From positions 744,001-808,000 of the forward strand of contig MU054026.1 in the NCBI GenBank assembly GCA_013239625.1: a stretch of DNA of 64,000 bases, written 5' to 3'. Position numbers and translations under genes: made by a program. The DNA comes from Lama guanicoe (taxonomy: Eukaryota). Below the pieces are notes generated by a model. That model worked only from the letters and a program-made list of their open reading frames with translations, was not told the origin of the DNA and did not search any database. This document shows positions 52,590 through 64,000 of this stretch, one piece after another; position 1 is the stretch's first letter; every line of letters begins with the position of its first letter.

Positions 52590-53439
52590 GGAGTCATGGC
52601 CATCTCTCACTTGAAGAAGGTGTGAGCGAATTCCATTAGTTTATCAGTGAATCCTTGCATACTTCACTAGACAAATTCCAATCCATTTGAGAATGTCCTT
52701 CCAGAAAAACAAAAAAAATCCAGACACTACAGTAGACATTTGGAATATATCAGTAAACTCTATTTTACTGAGTTAAGTGGCTTCACATATCTTTTATACT
52801 ATTATTTTGGTATGAGACTGAATAACTAAACCCTCCAAATTAAAAGTATGCCTATCATGGCTTGTGCCATAATAGAGTATGGACAGCCACTAGAATCTCC
52901 TTTAAGAAAACGTGTAGAAGATGAAATTTCTTTGTTTTAGCAGTAAAGCAGGTTGTATATCCCAATATTTTGACTCTGTTGTGTCTCAAGAATGTTTTCT
53001 CCCAGCCTTGCATTCTGTGTGTGCAAACATGAGCATGTGAGACTGTCTCTAAGTCTTCAATCCCACCGAATCTCTTTCTGTCTCTGTTTCTCTTAGTTGA
53101 AGGGAAGTCTTCTGTTTTTCATGTTAATAAATAACAAAACAAGCTGCTAGTCTTTATTTAAGTTCTAAACAGTGTCTAAAGTGACAATAATTGAAATTAT
53201 AAACCTATAAATATATTCACTAAAAAAAGAAAAAAATGTATTCTTGTTAAAACTTAGGTCTGTGAAATTTGATAGAAAAGTTAGTTTTGACAAGAAATAC
53301 AAAAGTAACTTAACAAAGGACAAGATATTTTTAAGAATAAATCAAATCTCCTTCGTAAAATTTAGTCATGATTATTTTATTATACTTGAAATATTTTTTT
53401 AAAAATTAAAACTAAAACTAAATAATTAAAAATGGCTTG

Positions 53440-54690
53440 CTCCCTAAGAAAGGAATCATTGAACTCTATGAATTAAATTTAAATGTATATGGAAAATATT
53501 CAGAAAATGTCATTAATATTAGTATAATTCAAATGAAAATATCTTTACAAGTTTCTTAGAGTCAAAATATGAGCTCTAGTAGAGTGGATCCCAACATACC
53601 ACTAAATCCAGTTTCAGATGGTTTACATGTTTAAATATGAAAGATAAAACAATAAAGCTTTTAAGGGAAAACATAAGAAAAATATCATGAACTTTTAGTA
53701 GGCAAGATTTCTTAAACAGAATAGGAAAGGTGCTAATTATAGAAATTAAAAAAAAATTCATCAAAAGATACAAAGAGTGAAAAAGCAGCCCAATAGGAAA
53801 GGAAGAATATCATTGAAAAGCATATGTTCAACAAATGATTTATAGCCAGAACATAGAAAGAATTTCTAGTAATCAATTTGAAAAATTAACCCAATGTAGA
53901 CATGAACAAAAGACTTGAACAGGCACTTAATGAAAGAAGATATCCAAGTGGCCAATAAACATACAAAAATTAATCACAAAGAAATAGAAATTAAATGCCA
54001 AACGCACCACAATAATTAAAGATGAAATGTAGAGACAATATCAAACTGCTGACATGGATATGGAGTAACTCAATCTCATGCATTACTGGTGCAAATGTAA
54101 ATTGATACAGCTATGTCAGAAAGCAGTTTAGAATATCTACTAAAGCTGAGGAAATGCATACCTTATGACCCAGAAAGTCTACCTGCATACCCAAAAAGAT
54201 GAGTTTATATCTATCAAAAGACAAGCAAGAGAATTATTCACAATAACATTATTGATAATTACTTCAGAAAGCAAGCTACCTGAAAGACCATCAAGAACAA
54301 AATGGATAAATACACTGCCATATATTCACAAAAGGAATACTATACAGCAACTAAAGTGACTGAGCTTTGAATACATGCAACAGGATCAATGAACCTTAGA
54401 CATATTATTGAGTGAAAGCAAGAGACAAAATTAATTTATAAGATTAAAAGTTAGGATAACGGTTTCCCTTAATCTTGGTGGGTGATACCGAGTGATCAGA
54501 AGGGGATGTGAGCTTGGAGGTACTTTTTACACTCTGATAATGTTTCTTGATCTGGGTGCCAATTACATGGGTGTACATGTTCACTTTTTTGAAAAGTATG
54601 TGAGAATGATTTGTTTACATTTCTTGGAAATTGAGTATGATTTGAGTACTTTTCTTACATGTATGTTATATCTCTAAAGTGGGGAAAAAA
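53440..54690 (+). mobile_element. Ancient L1 (L1ME-like) ORF2-end/3'UTR fragment
   Basis: aaaagacttgaacaggcactt...gatatccaagtggccaataaacata, aaatggataaatacactgccatatattcacaaaaggaatactatacagcaa. Confidence 0.8.
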
Positions 54691-57599
54691 CCCACAAAAC
54701 TTACTGAGGTCAATATGTTTTAAATGTTCTCTCAGCCTACCCTTTAATATCTGTCCTAGAAGAAAATAATAAAGGCCCATAATCGCTGAAAAAGGGGTGT
54801 TCTACAATACTTTCCCTCCATTTCCAATTGGGTAGGTGCCTACTGTGGGAAGCTACTATGGGAAGTACATTGGGTTGAACCTGTTATTCTACTAAATAAG
54901 GAAAAAGTTACCGAGAAGCCTCTGCCAAAAACTTTCTGACATCTCCTCCAAGAGAAGAGGTCCTACAGTAACCTCAGCCCTGGAAATGTGTGTTCTGAAA
55001 AGGTCCCCTTTTATTGTCATGGCAAGGAGAATGGGATGAGTGAGGAACTCCAGAAAGACAGTAGCAATGCTCCCTAAAACTAGAGCTCATTTGACCATTG
55101 CAAGGCCAGGAAAAGAGGAAGAGAAAGAGATGTACACAGAGACATTTTCTATGGCAAATTTTGAATTGTTGACATATGATTAACAAAGGTCTAATATTCT
55201 TGTGTAGGGAACTGCAAAACTGCAAAAATTATTGGGGAATATTGCATTGAACCACTCCTAATTGTCCACCTTAGCCAGTTTTCAATGGCCATTAATTCAA
55301 ACTGCATATTCTAAACTGTTGACATCTAAAACTAGGGATTTATAAATCACCTGAAGTATATACATGAGTACCCAATCATATTCTTAAATTAAGACTTTCC
55401 CATTTGTTTGTAGAATGACTTGGTATCTAAGATTTGCTTTTCACAGCAATTGACACATGGGAGCCTTTGTCTACCATTCTGAGACTCTAGGATTTGGGCC
55501 ACATAGGAATCTTACCATGACACTTTCTTAAATAAAGAAGCCATCAAAACAAGTGAGTTCTTGTTAAAGAGTTTTCCTTCAGAACCTAACAATGATTTTT
55601 TTTTTAGATGACTAGAATGCAAAAACAATATTAAAACACTTGATGTCCATTTTCATTTCTTGGCAGTATCTCATTGTCTAAATTCCTACTTCCTTTTTGT
55701 GATCTCACTAGTTTAAGACAGTTTGAATGCCTACTAAGTGGAAATTTGAGGGAGTTATTCAGATAATTCAAGTTCAAAAAGTAGCACACTACATTGTTGA
55801 CTGATTTTGTTATTTCTCACAGTATTGATTTTATTGGCCTGAATAACTCTAGTAAGTATTCACTTGGCCTTCAAATTCACATACAAAGACAGCTTCCAGT
55901 CACTATCAAACAAAAGATGAAAATTTCAAGACTTTTTGGAGTGTTCAGTTTCTTTTTGTCCTACAGCATAAGAGCCAGGCTTTGTTTTCGTAAGCATGTC
56001 ACTCATTGCATTTCAGACAACATAGTTTGGGAAATGCAGAGGCAGGATGAAAATTATTCTTGAAGCCCTTAACCTTTCTAGACCGTTAAGAATTTCTTGA
56101 TCTGAGCCTGATCAACATTATACCAGAAGAAATATTTGTGAAAACTAATGGTAACATCAGGTGTGTTTCAACATTTACATTTCCTGATGAATTTGAAAAT
56201 TACTATCTCTCCCTCCTGAAAATGCTGGGTATGTGCATATTTAGATAATTTTATTAGCTAATGAATTAGAATCCAGTGAAAGTCAGCACCTTCAAAGTCA
56301 TCAGTTTACATACTTAATTAAAACTCTGTTAACTTCATTTACTATGCAAAATAATGATTTGGGGATTTAGGGATTAGCTCCCTTTTGTTAGGGAGCTAGA
56401 ATGTGCTGACATCATGAGCTTCCTTCATAGATTATGTGATTTATATATATGGAAGTATTTATTCTACATGTTGTAAAGATTTGAGGCAGAGAAAGAGGGG
56501 CCCAAGGTTTAGGGAAAGTGATTTTTTTTTCAAGTCACCTCCATTTATATGTATACAATTAATTTTAGTCTCCAAGAAAAAAGGAAAAGAAAATCTCAAA
56601 ATGAGATCCTGTCTTCTTGATCAGGTTATGAAAAGTTCTCCAAGAGTTATAAATGGGGACCCAACATGTCAGGGGCCATCTCATAACATGGGCAGAAACA
56701 GAGCAGTATGAATCCCTGTGCTTTGCCAGAACTTCACACTTGAGAATAAATATGATCTCTACCTATTCAATTATTTCTTGGCATTGTTTAATGCTTTAAA
56801 CAATTTCAATGTATTAAACACAAATGTTTTCAAATTACTCATTGCTAGTCCATGAGTTAAGCAGGGTAGCTTACAAATTTCATTTGGTAAGCAGGAATAC
56901 TGAGGTCCAAGAGTCCTAAGGGTTCAAGACTCTGTGTCCAGTGTCACACAGAGTAGAAATGGTAACTCTTGGCTAGGTGCTACCCTGAATCTCCTCGTGC
57001 CTGGTGTCTCATGTCTTAGCAGAATGCCTAGGTGTGACTCTCTCCATATAATCGTATGTGGCATTATAGGAAGGAAAGACAAAAATTGGGCCTGGGGTTA
57101 GGAGAGCTCCCTGATTCTGTACTTTCAGAGTCAAGGGGGGTATATATTAGAACATCTCATATATTTTCTTTCTTATTTACAGTTATGGCTGTTGATGTAA
57201 AGTGGTTTTGTTGTGGTGGTAGTTGTGGTTTTTTATCATGTTCCCTTGAGGTTTATAAAATATGTAAAAACATGTATTTTTTTTTGAAATATACAGACAA
57301 TAACCATACAGTTTCCATGTGTCATGTTGCCTTTATCCTTTTGATTACTTGGTTGGATGAATTAGAAATTCAATAAACCTGTTCAAAAAAATTAGTCAAA
57401 CTGTATTTATTTAGTGCCTGGTTTTGTGTTGCATACTTGGCAAGATACAGAAACATCTGAAGCATGGTTTCAATCCTGTTACTGACTATATTCTATGAGG
57501 TGAAACATTCATGCATAAAACCAGGAAACAATGACATTCTAAATTGCATTATTGACAGTCAAGATGAAATGGGAAATCAGTGTTGTAAGAACCACTATC

Positions 57600-57810
57600 A
57601 GATAAAGGCTAAATTCAGGAGCCTTGGAGATAGACTGTCACAATTAAAATTCCATTTCCACCACTCACTAGCTCTGTGACCTCACTCTTAGTCTCAGTTT
57701 CCTTATCTGTCTGTTAGAGATGATAATGTTGACTATTAGAGCAACTGGGAAGATTAAATTCATTAAACTGCATAATATTCTCAAATAGCATGTACCCAAT
57801 AATTGTTGTC
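57600..57810 (+). mobile_element. MIR SINE fragment
   Basis: ccaccactcactagctctgtgacctcactcttagtctcagtttccttatctgt. Confidence 0.7.
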
Positions 57811-58084
57811 AATTATTGTGGGCTAGGGCAATTCTTGAGACTTTATGTAGGATACAGGACTTGGAATAAATTGTATACAACAAAAGAATTTGATTGTAGG
57901 AGAGAATGGATTCTGAGTCAAGTTAGGGATGTGAATAAATAACTGTAGTGGGAAGGTAAGTAGTTAGCTCATTGATGAGAAAACCAGGTCACCTGGAGGA
58001 GAGGAGGCAGGTAGAGGGAAAATAGTGCTGAATAGGTAGGGAAGTGTGGAAAAACTGGCTAATAGACGATTCCATGAAGAATTG

Positions 58085-58262
58085 ACCTAACTCTGCCCCT
58101 CACCCATCTCATTGTGGTTCATTCTTTCTATTTTTAGTTGTAGAAAATCTGTTCTGCTGGTCTTTGTGTCATTCTCATTGATAGTTTCCTTGTAATAGTA
58201 GTAATTTTGGTGTGCCCCTGGGAAGAGATGAATTCAGGTCTTCCTACTCTGCCATCTTGCCT
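58085..58262 (-). mobile_element. Isolated L1 5'-terminal fragment (~175 bp)
   Basis: Reverse strand begins ggcaagatggcagagtaggaagacctgaattcatctcttcccaggggcacaccaa, paralleling the L1 5' start at 23060 (gccaagacggtggagtaaaagg...ctcccatgaatacaccaa). Confidence 0.7.
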
Positions 58263-58732
58263 TTCCTTCTGTTGATTCTTTAAGACATCATTCTAAGAAG
58301 AATTTAGACCTCTATAATATTGGTCCTATTAGTGCTTTGTAGTATCTCTCTGATATCATTTGTAAGTTTGTTTTATAACTATAGATTTACACATTCATTT
58401 CACTTTCTACAATGTGAAGCTGACGGTGAGTGAACAAGGCAAGAAGGGGTCAAAAACTTTATTTTAAGCATCGTTGTATTTCTAGTAGCTAGCAGTTCCT
58501 GGATGTTTAGCATTCAATACTGCTACATGAAAAAGTGAGACAAAAGGCATATAGTTGTTTAACTTTGATCACTTCCATATATTTGTCATTTCCTTAGTTT
58601 TCAAATGGTAAAAATAAGATTGATATGGAGAGGAAATGATGAATGTTACCTTCCAAGATTATGAAATTAAAATTGAGTGTGTGAGAAAACCTTTTGGAAA
58701 AAATAACTTACAAAGATAAAATGTAGCAACAT

Positions 58733-58787
58733 TGTCATCATCATCATCATCATCATCATCATCACCACCAGCATCATCATCATCATC

Positions 58788-58819
<32 letters not shown>

Positions 58820-58896
58820 ATTGTCATCAATATCATCATCATCATCATTATCATTATCATCACCATCAATATCATCAACATTATCAACATCATCAT
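58733..58896. repeat. (CAT)n trinucleotide microsatellite, degenerating to the right
   Basis: Read directly from the sequence; explains the poly-Ser and poly-His ORFs. Confidence 0.95.
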
Positions 58897-59589
58897 GTGT
58901 TTATCCAACCACTATTTACTATGTACCTTATCTCAAGCAGAGCACATGGACCATATTGCAACCTGGAGAATACAGACACTTTCTGAACATTCATGCCTAT
59001 TCTTTACTCATACAAAGTAGTCATTTTGGAGTACTTTCATAGATGCTGGAACTCTCTGTTAACAGACATTCTCTTAAAATGTGGATGAAGATTGGACCAA
59101 TATTTGATGTGTACAATTTTAGTGTGTAGGGATTTGTGCTTTTTTTTTAAATAAAAAAATGTGGATTTTCAAGTCCAAATATTTGTAGGCCAAGTGGGCC
59201 ATGGGAAAACTTTGGTTCCCAGCCAAATGACCAAAATCATACATCCCTGAATCTTGGTGGATGGTTTCCCATGGGACTTTGTATGGATTGGACCCAGCAC
59301 TGGTACAAAGTTGGCTTGGAGGAACAGGCTCCTGGAAACCTGACTTAGAGTTTGGTGTATGAACATGAAACAATGTTCAGGCTGGAAACAATACATCCCA
59401 CAGCTGATTCCAGGAAATAAGCAGAAGTCTGGCAGCAGGCCATGGCAAGAGGCCAAAATACTTGTCAAAGGCAATTCCTCATGGAGAAATGACAGCAGGT
59501 ATAACCTGAAAAGATAATGGTATTAATTACACTTTGAAAATGGGAGGAGGACAGAAAGAAAGTGGTGTTTACTTGCTTATCTAATGACA

Positions 59590-59740
59590 GATTCTACTTT
59601 TTTTGCCCAGCTTTCTAGAGAACAGAGAGGTTAAACAACCTGCTCTGAGTCACACAAGTAGCACTGATGGGACTAGAAATCAAACCAAGGTAATCTGGCC
59701 CCGAAATCTATTTTCCTAAACATGATGTTGTACTGTCTCT
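59590..59740 (-). mobile_element. MIR SINE fragment
   Basis: cagagaggttaaacaacctgctctgagtcacacaagtag...gggactagaaatcaaaccaaggtaatctggccccgaa. Confidence 0.7.
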
Positions 59741-59829
59741 CTGTTCCACTATAATAAATACGAGAGGGTGAAATTCACCCAGGGATAGCAAACAACCCCA
59801 TGAAACATAAAACAAAGTTCCGAAAGACT

Positions 59830-61100
59830 CTGGCACACACAGAATCTTGCTACATGGCAGAGGTGGAAAACAGATCAATCAGGGAAAGGGATGGCCTATT
59901 TAATAAGTGATGCTAAGGTAACTGATTTTTCATTAGAAAAATTATAAATGTAGATGCTTACTTTGCACCATATACAATAATCCAATCCAAGTAAACTGAA
60001 GACTTAAATGTAAAATACAAAACTTTAAAATTGTTAGAAAATATATTTATTGGCCATGGAGAAAGGAATAATTTTTTGAAAGCATAAATTACCTGGTATT
60101 TTAAAATAAATTGTAATTAAATTATAATTAAACATTTCAATGTATCGAGATACATATTTTAAAATGAAATTCAAGCTACACACATGAAGAAGATACTTAC
60201 CACAGATAAAATTAACAAAAGATTTGTATCTAGAGTATGTAAAAGATTCCTATGAATCAAGAAAGTAAATAAAAAATAAAATACCTGAAACATAGATATA
60301 ATAAGATGTTTCATAGAAAAAGAAACATTAATGGCCAAAAGTAGGAAATGATTCTTAAGCTCACTATTAATTAGGAAAATTGAAACTAAATCCATAAAAC
60401 TTTTCATTTCACATTCATTATTTTGGTAAAATTTTAAACTCCTGGCAACGCCAAGAGTTGGCCAAGATGTGAGACAATTGAGAATCTTCTAGACTCAGTG
60501 AGATAGAAAGGTGTATTTGTACAACTACGCTACAGAACCGTTTGCCACCACTTGGTCAATGTGAAGATATCAAAATCCTACAGTCAGCAATTCCACCCTT
60601 ATGTGTAGTTTCTGAAGAAAATCTTGGATATGTGCATATAGCAATAATTTTTATATAATCAAGAAACTAAAAACAGCCCAGATAAAAATTGTGAAATTGG
60701 TAAATAGTGATACAATCATAGAACGAAAACCAGCAGTAAAAAGGAGTAAACTACAGCTACACACACGTATGAACTTCACAAACTCCACGGTGTTGAATAA
60801 ATGTTGAATTAGAAGACAAAGCAAGTCATGCAAAAATATAGCTACTATGATTCCAATTATTTAAAGTTTAAATACAAGAAAACTATAAAAATGTTTTGGA
60901 TTAATTATAAAACTATAAAGAAAAGCATGGTTATGGCATACATAAAGTGTAGGATCATGCCGTCTTTTTCTGAGGTTGGTGGGCAGGATGGCAGATTTTG
61001 ACATGAAGGGGCCTGCAGTAGTAGGGGCCTCAAGATTTCCTTGATGGTAGGTATATGCATATTTATTATACTTTGCAATTTAAATATGTACTATACATAC
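59830..61100 (+). mobile_element. Ancient L1 (L1ME-like) fragment
   Basis: gggaaagggatggcctatttaataagtgatgct, gacttaaatgtaaaatacaaaactttaaaattgttagaa, cagcaattccaccctta. Confidence 0.8.
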
Positions 61101-61109
61101 TTATATTGA

Positions 61110-61705
61110 GACACATTGTTGAATGTATGCAACACAAATCTTTCCTGCAAGATGGTCTCACCTTCCAAATAGGGAGACAGACAGAGGAACAAATAAGTGC
61201 GAGTATTTTCAGTGTGGTCATGGCCTAGAAGCTATGAAAGTCTTGTCACTGGATTTCTGAGAAAATTGCTTCTTAGCTCCATGGAGGAAGAATGGCAGAT
61301 GGGCAATACTGGAAGCAGTGAGAGCAGACAAGCACTATGGTGATAATTTGGGCAAGAGGTGACAGTGGCTTGGACCGGTGTGGTTAATAGTGGAATTAGA
61401 AAGAAGTGGACAGATTTGGGCTAACTACTGAAGATACCCAATAGAATGGGGTGAATGATTGTGATATTGGGAAGAAGGAAAAGAAAAGACTCAGGAAAAT
61501 GCATAGATTTTTGGTCTGAGATGTTGGATGTATGGTGGTACCAGATGTGAAAGGCTAGAGAACTGGCAGGTAAGAGCAGAGGATGGATGAGGAAATCAAG
61601 ATACCTGTTTTGGCATGTCAAGTTTGAGATGCAAGGTAGATATTCAATTAGGTACATCATGATGGCAGAGAGATATATGTGTCTGGGTATTCAGTGACAG
61701 TTAAG
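61110..61705 (-). mobile_element. L2 fragment
   Basis: gaggtgacagtggcttggaccggtgtggttaatagtggaattagaaagaagtggacagatttgg, gttttggcatgtcaagtttgagatgc. Confidence 0.75.
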
Positions 61706-63924
61706 GAATGAAGAGTCAAGTGACTTGGAGTATATATAAAATCTTTAAGTCTCGGTTTTCTCATTAGCTAATTTTTAGGGTTTCTTTTTAGAATTAAATA
61801 AGGTAAAATGTGAAAAATGTTTTGGAAGGTACACAGTGCAACATAAGATAGCATTATTAGTGGGAAACAATGGACTAGGATTAGAAGATAGACATTTTAG
61901 GCCTAGCTTTTCCACTGGCCAGTGTCATCACAAGTCATACAATGTATCGATTTGAGTTTCTTTAGCTTTAAAATGATGGAAATAGAATCAATAATCATAT
62001 TGGTCAGTTTCTTGTTAATGTTCAAAAAAAGAGAAACTTTCCTCTGTATTGATATTAATTATTCCATGGGAAGACTACAATTATAATTATTTTCGTGCAA
62101 ATTACTTCAACAAATATACTTTGAAATCACTTCATTTGAAAAAAAAATTAAGCTTCTAAATGGAACATTAGAAAAAAATCTCAACTTTGAACCAGAGAAA
62201 TGACTCAAGCCAGGCTGAATTCTTCAGTGTTCGTGCAATTTTGTACTGGAAATAAACTTGTTTTTCTTATTTTGATTTGCAGTGACCAGTTGATTTAGGC
62301 AGAATGAAACTGGAGATGAGGATAAATAATGACAAACAAACAAACAAAAATGTCTTGGATAGGACGTTTTGTATGATGGACAATCGAACAGAAGCCTTGA
62401 TTTCTATTATTAAGCAAAGTCATTGTGGATGAAGCACCTTAGAAAGAAAAAGTTTGCATCTATATTTTTCTGTGCTATTGATGCATGTGTCATCTGCATG
62501 AAAATTCGTAATTAGCTAAAGGGTGTTTGGAGGATGAGTGAGAATAAACTAGCTAATAAGCCAGAGTTTAGAGACCTAAGAAGAAAATCACTAATCTTTA
62601 CATTTTATATGTCACACACGGACTCATATGTTTCTAAAGACTAGGGAACTTAGATGTCAGCTTCTTTTCTTACTTAAGACCACTTGTAAATGGCCTTAAA
62701 TACTTCCAATGCAGTGAACTGACATCTCATAGGATAACCTGTACTGTTTTTGTACGGTTCTAAATGATAGGCACCCCTTTACAGTGTAACGTCAAAATCA
62801 CCTGCCTTGTGATTCCTATCTTTTAATTCTACTTTTTCCCCACTTTGGAGAAATAAATAGAAAAATAAGCAAACGTGTAAATTTCCTTGACTGTGTTTGA
62901 CTACGCTGTGTTTTCTCAAATCTTCCTATTCATCCTCATATTCTTCAAGTATTTGCTACTCAGTTTTCTCAACTGCTTCATCTATAGTCTGCCCTTTTTC
63001 ATAAGAATTCATTTTATAATTTTCATCTTTACATGTGGTGGCTGGAATGGACCATGATTATTTAGATATGATATGACAATTATCGAACTTAGTGGAAGCC
63101 CTGACCTTCAAGACTGCCTTGTATCTAGCCTGGAGGAGTAGAAAGGCTCGAATCTTTCCAAGACACTGTCAAGCCAGTCATTACCAGTTGTACACATTTT
63201 AATTTATTAAACTTTTTCAGATTTAAATGCAATAAGCATAATAAACATTTCCTTCAACTTAACTTGTCTCTTAAAAGCATTCTGTTCATTTGGCTCCTGG
63301 TCACTAGAATATAGATCTGTCCTTTCTATTCTTTACGTTAATGATAATAGTAATGAGCAGACCAATACTTATGCCAATGGGTTTTTTTTCATCTTGGGGC
63401 TTTTTATCAGATACCATTGTGAGATATGTGACAGCGCCTTTTAATTTTGACCAAAGCAAAATGAAGATATTTTAGGTTTATAATTTAAAAGTCTGCAAGA
63501 GGTTAAATTTGAAAAACCTCTGACTCACAGCCTTAACAAATATATTCAATTCCTATTTTTGGAGTGTTATAATTCATGCCCTAAATAAAAAGTATTCATA
63601 GATGCTATTTTTAAAATAGTAACATTTGCACTTTTTTACATTACATTTATTCTTGTTTATTTTGGCTCATATTTCCACCTCTGCGTATCATTTGGATGTA
63701 CAATCTGGCATCTATCATGTTAGTCTGGTGTTCTTAAAGCCTACTAGAATGTCTTCCAATCCTGGATAACTATGTTGTGAACACAAAGCCAAGGAGAGAA
63801 TTCCTTGGCTGCTGAGAGACTTATAGTAGACTCACCTCATTCCTCCTCAAATCTAGACCATTGCTGAACTTAAGATTACTTCCTGGACTGATGGAGACAA
63901 GTCTGATTGTTAAATTTAAATTCT

Positions 63925-63982
63925 ATCTCTGCCTCTCTGTCTCTCCCTCTCTCCCTCCTTCCCTCTTTCCATCCTTCTCTTA
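63925..63982. repeat. CT-rich low-complexity tract
   Basis: Read directly from the sequence. Confidence 0.8.
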
Positions 63983-64000
63983 ACCTTTCAATCAAATTCT

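Noticed and set aside
56375..56398. 9-bp stem hairpins (also at ~37772-37795 and ~63787-63810)
   Set aside because: Too short to distinguish from chance in 64 kb; no miRNA- or snoRNA-like context
58732..59042. Poly-Ser and poly-His ORFs
   Set aside because: Translations of a (CAT)n repeat
62900..63750. Possible L3/CR1 fragments
   Set aside because: Similarity is too faint to support by eye

Overview
Mammalian nuclear genomic DNA, AT-rich and repeat-dense. It is most likely camelid, based on a Vic-1-like tRNA-derived SINE at ~50.1-50.2 kb. I recognise no host protein-coding gene, rRNA, tRNA or CRISPR array, so the window reads as intergenic or deep-intronic. All long ORFs are LINE-1 remnants, antisense LINE-1 frames or simple-repeat translations. 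Main content: a full-length but inactivated L1 (+, 23054-29990); a 5'-truncated L1 carrying a 355-bp purine insertion (2928-4055); an older near-full-length L1 (-, ~39865-45476) with an internal deletion, ending in a complex duplicated junction; several solo LTRs; hAT DNA-transposon fossils; many MIR and L2 fragments; and a near-full-length LF-SINE-like relic (~22125-22485), the best candidate for an exapted conserved element. I found no convincing novel multi-gene system. Repeat family names come from my recollection of consensus sequences, not from a database search, and boundaries of old repeats are approximate.
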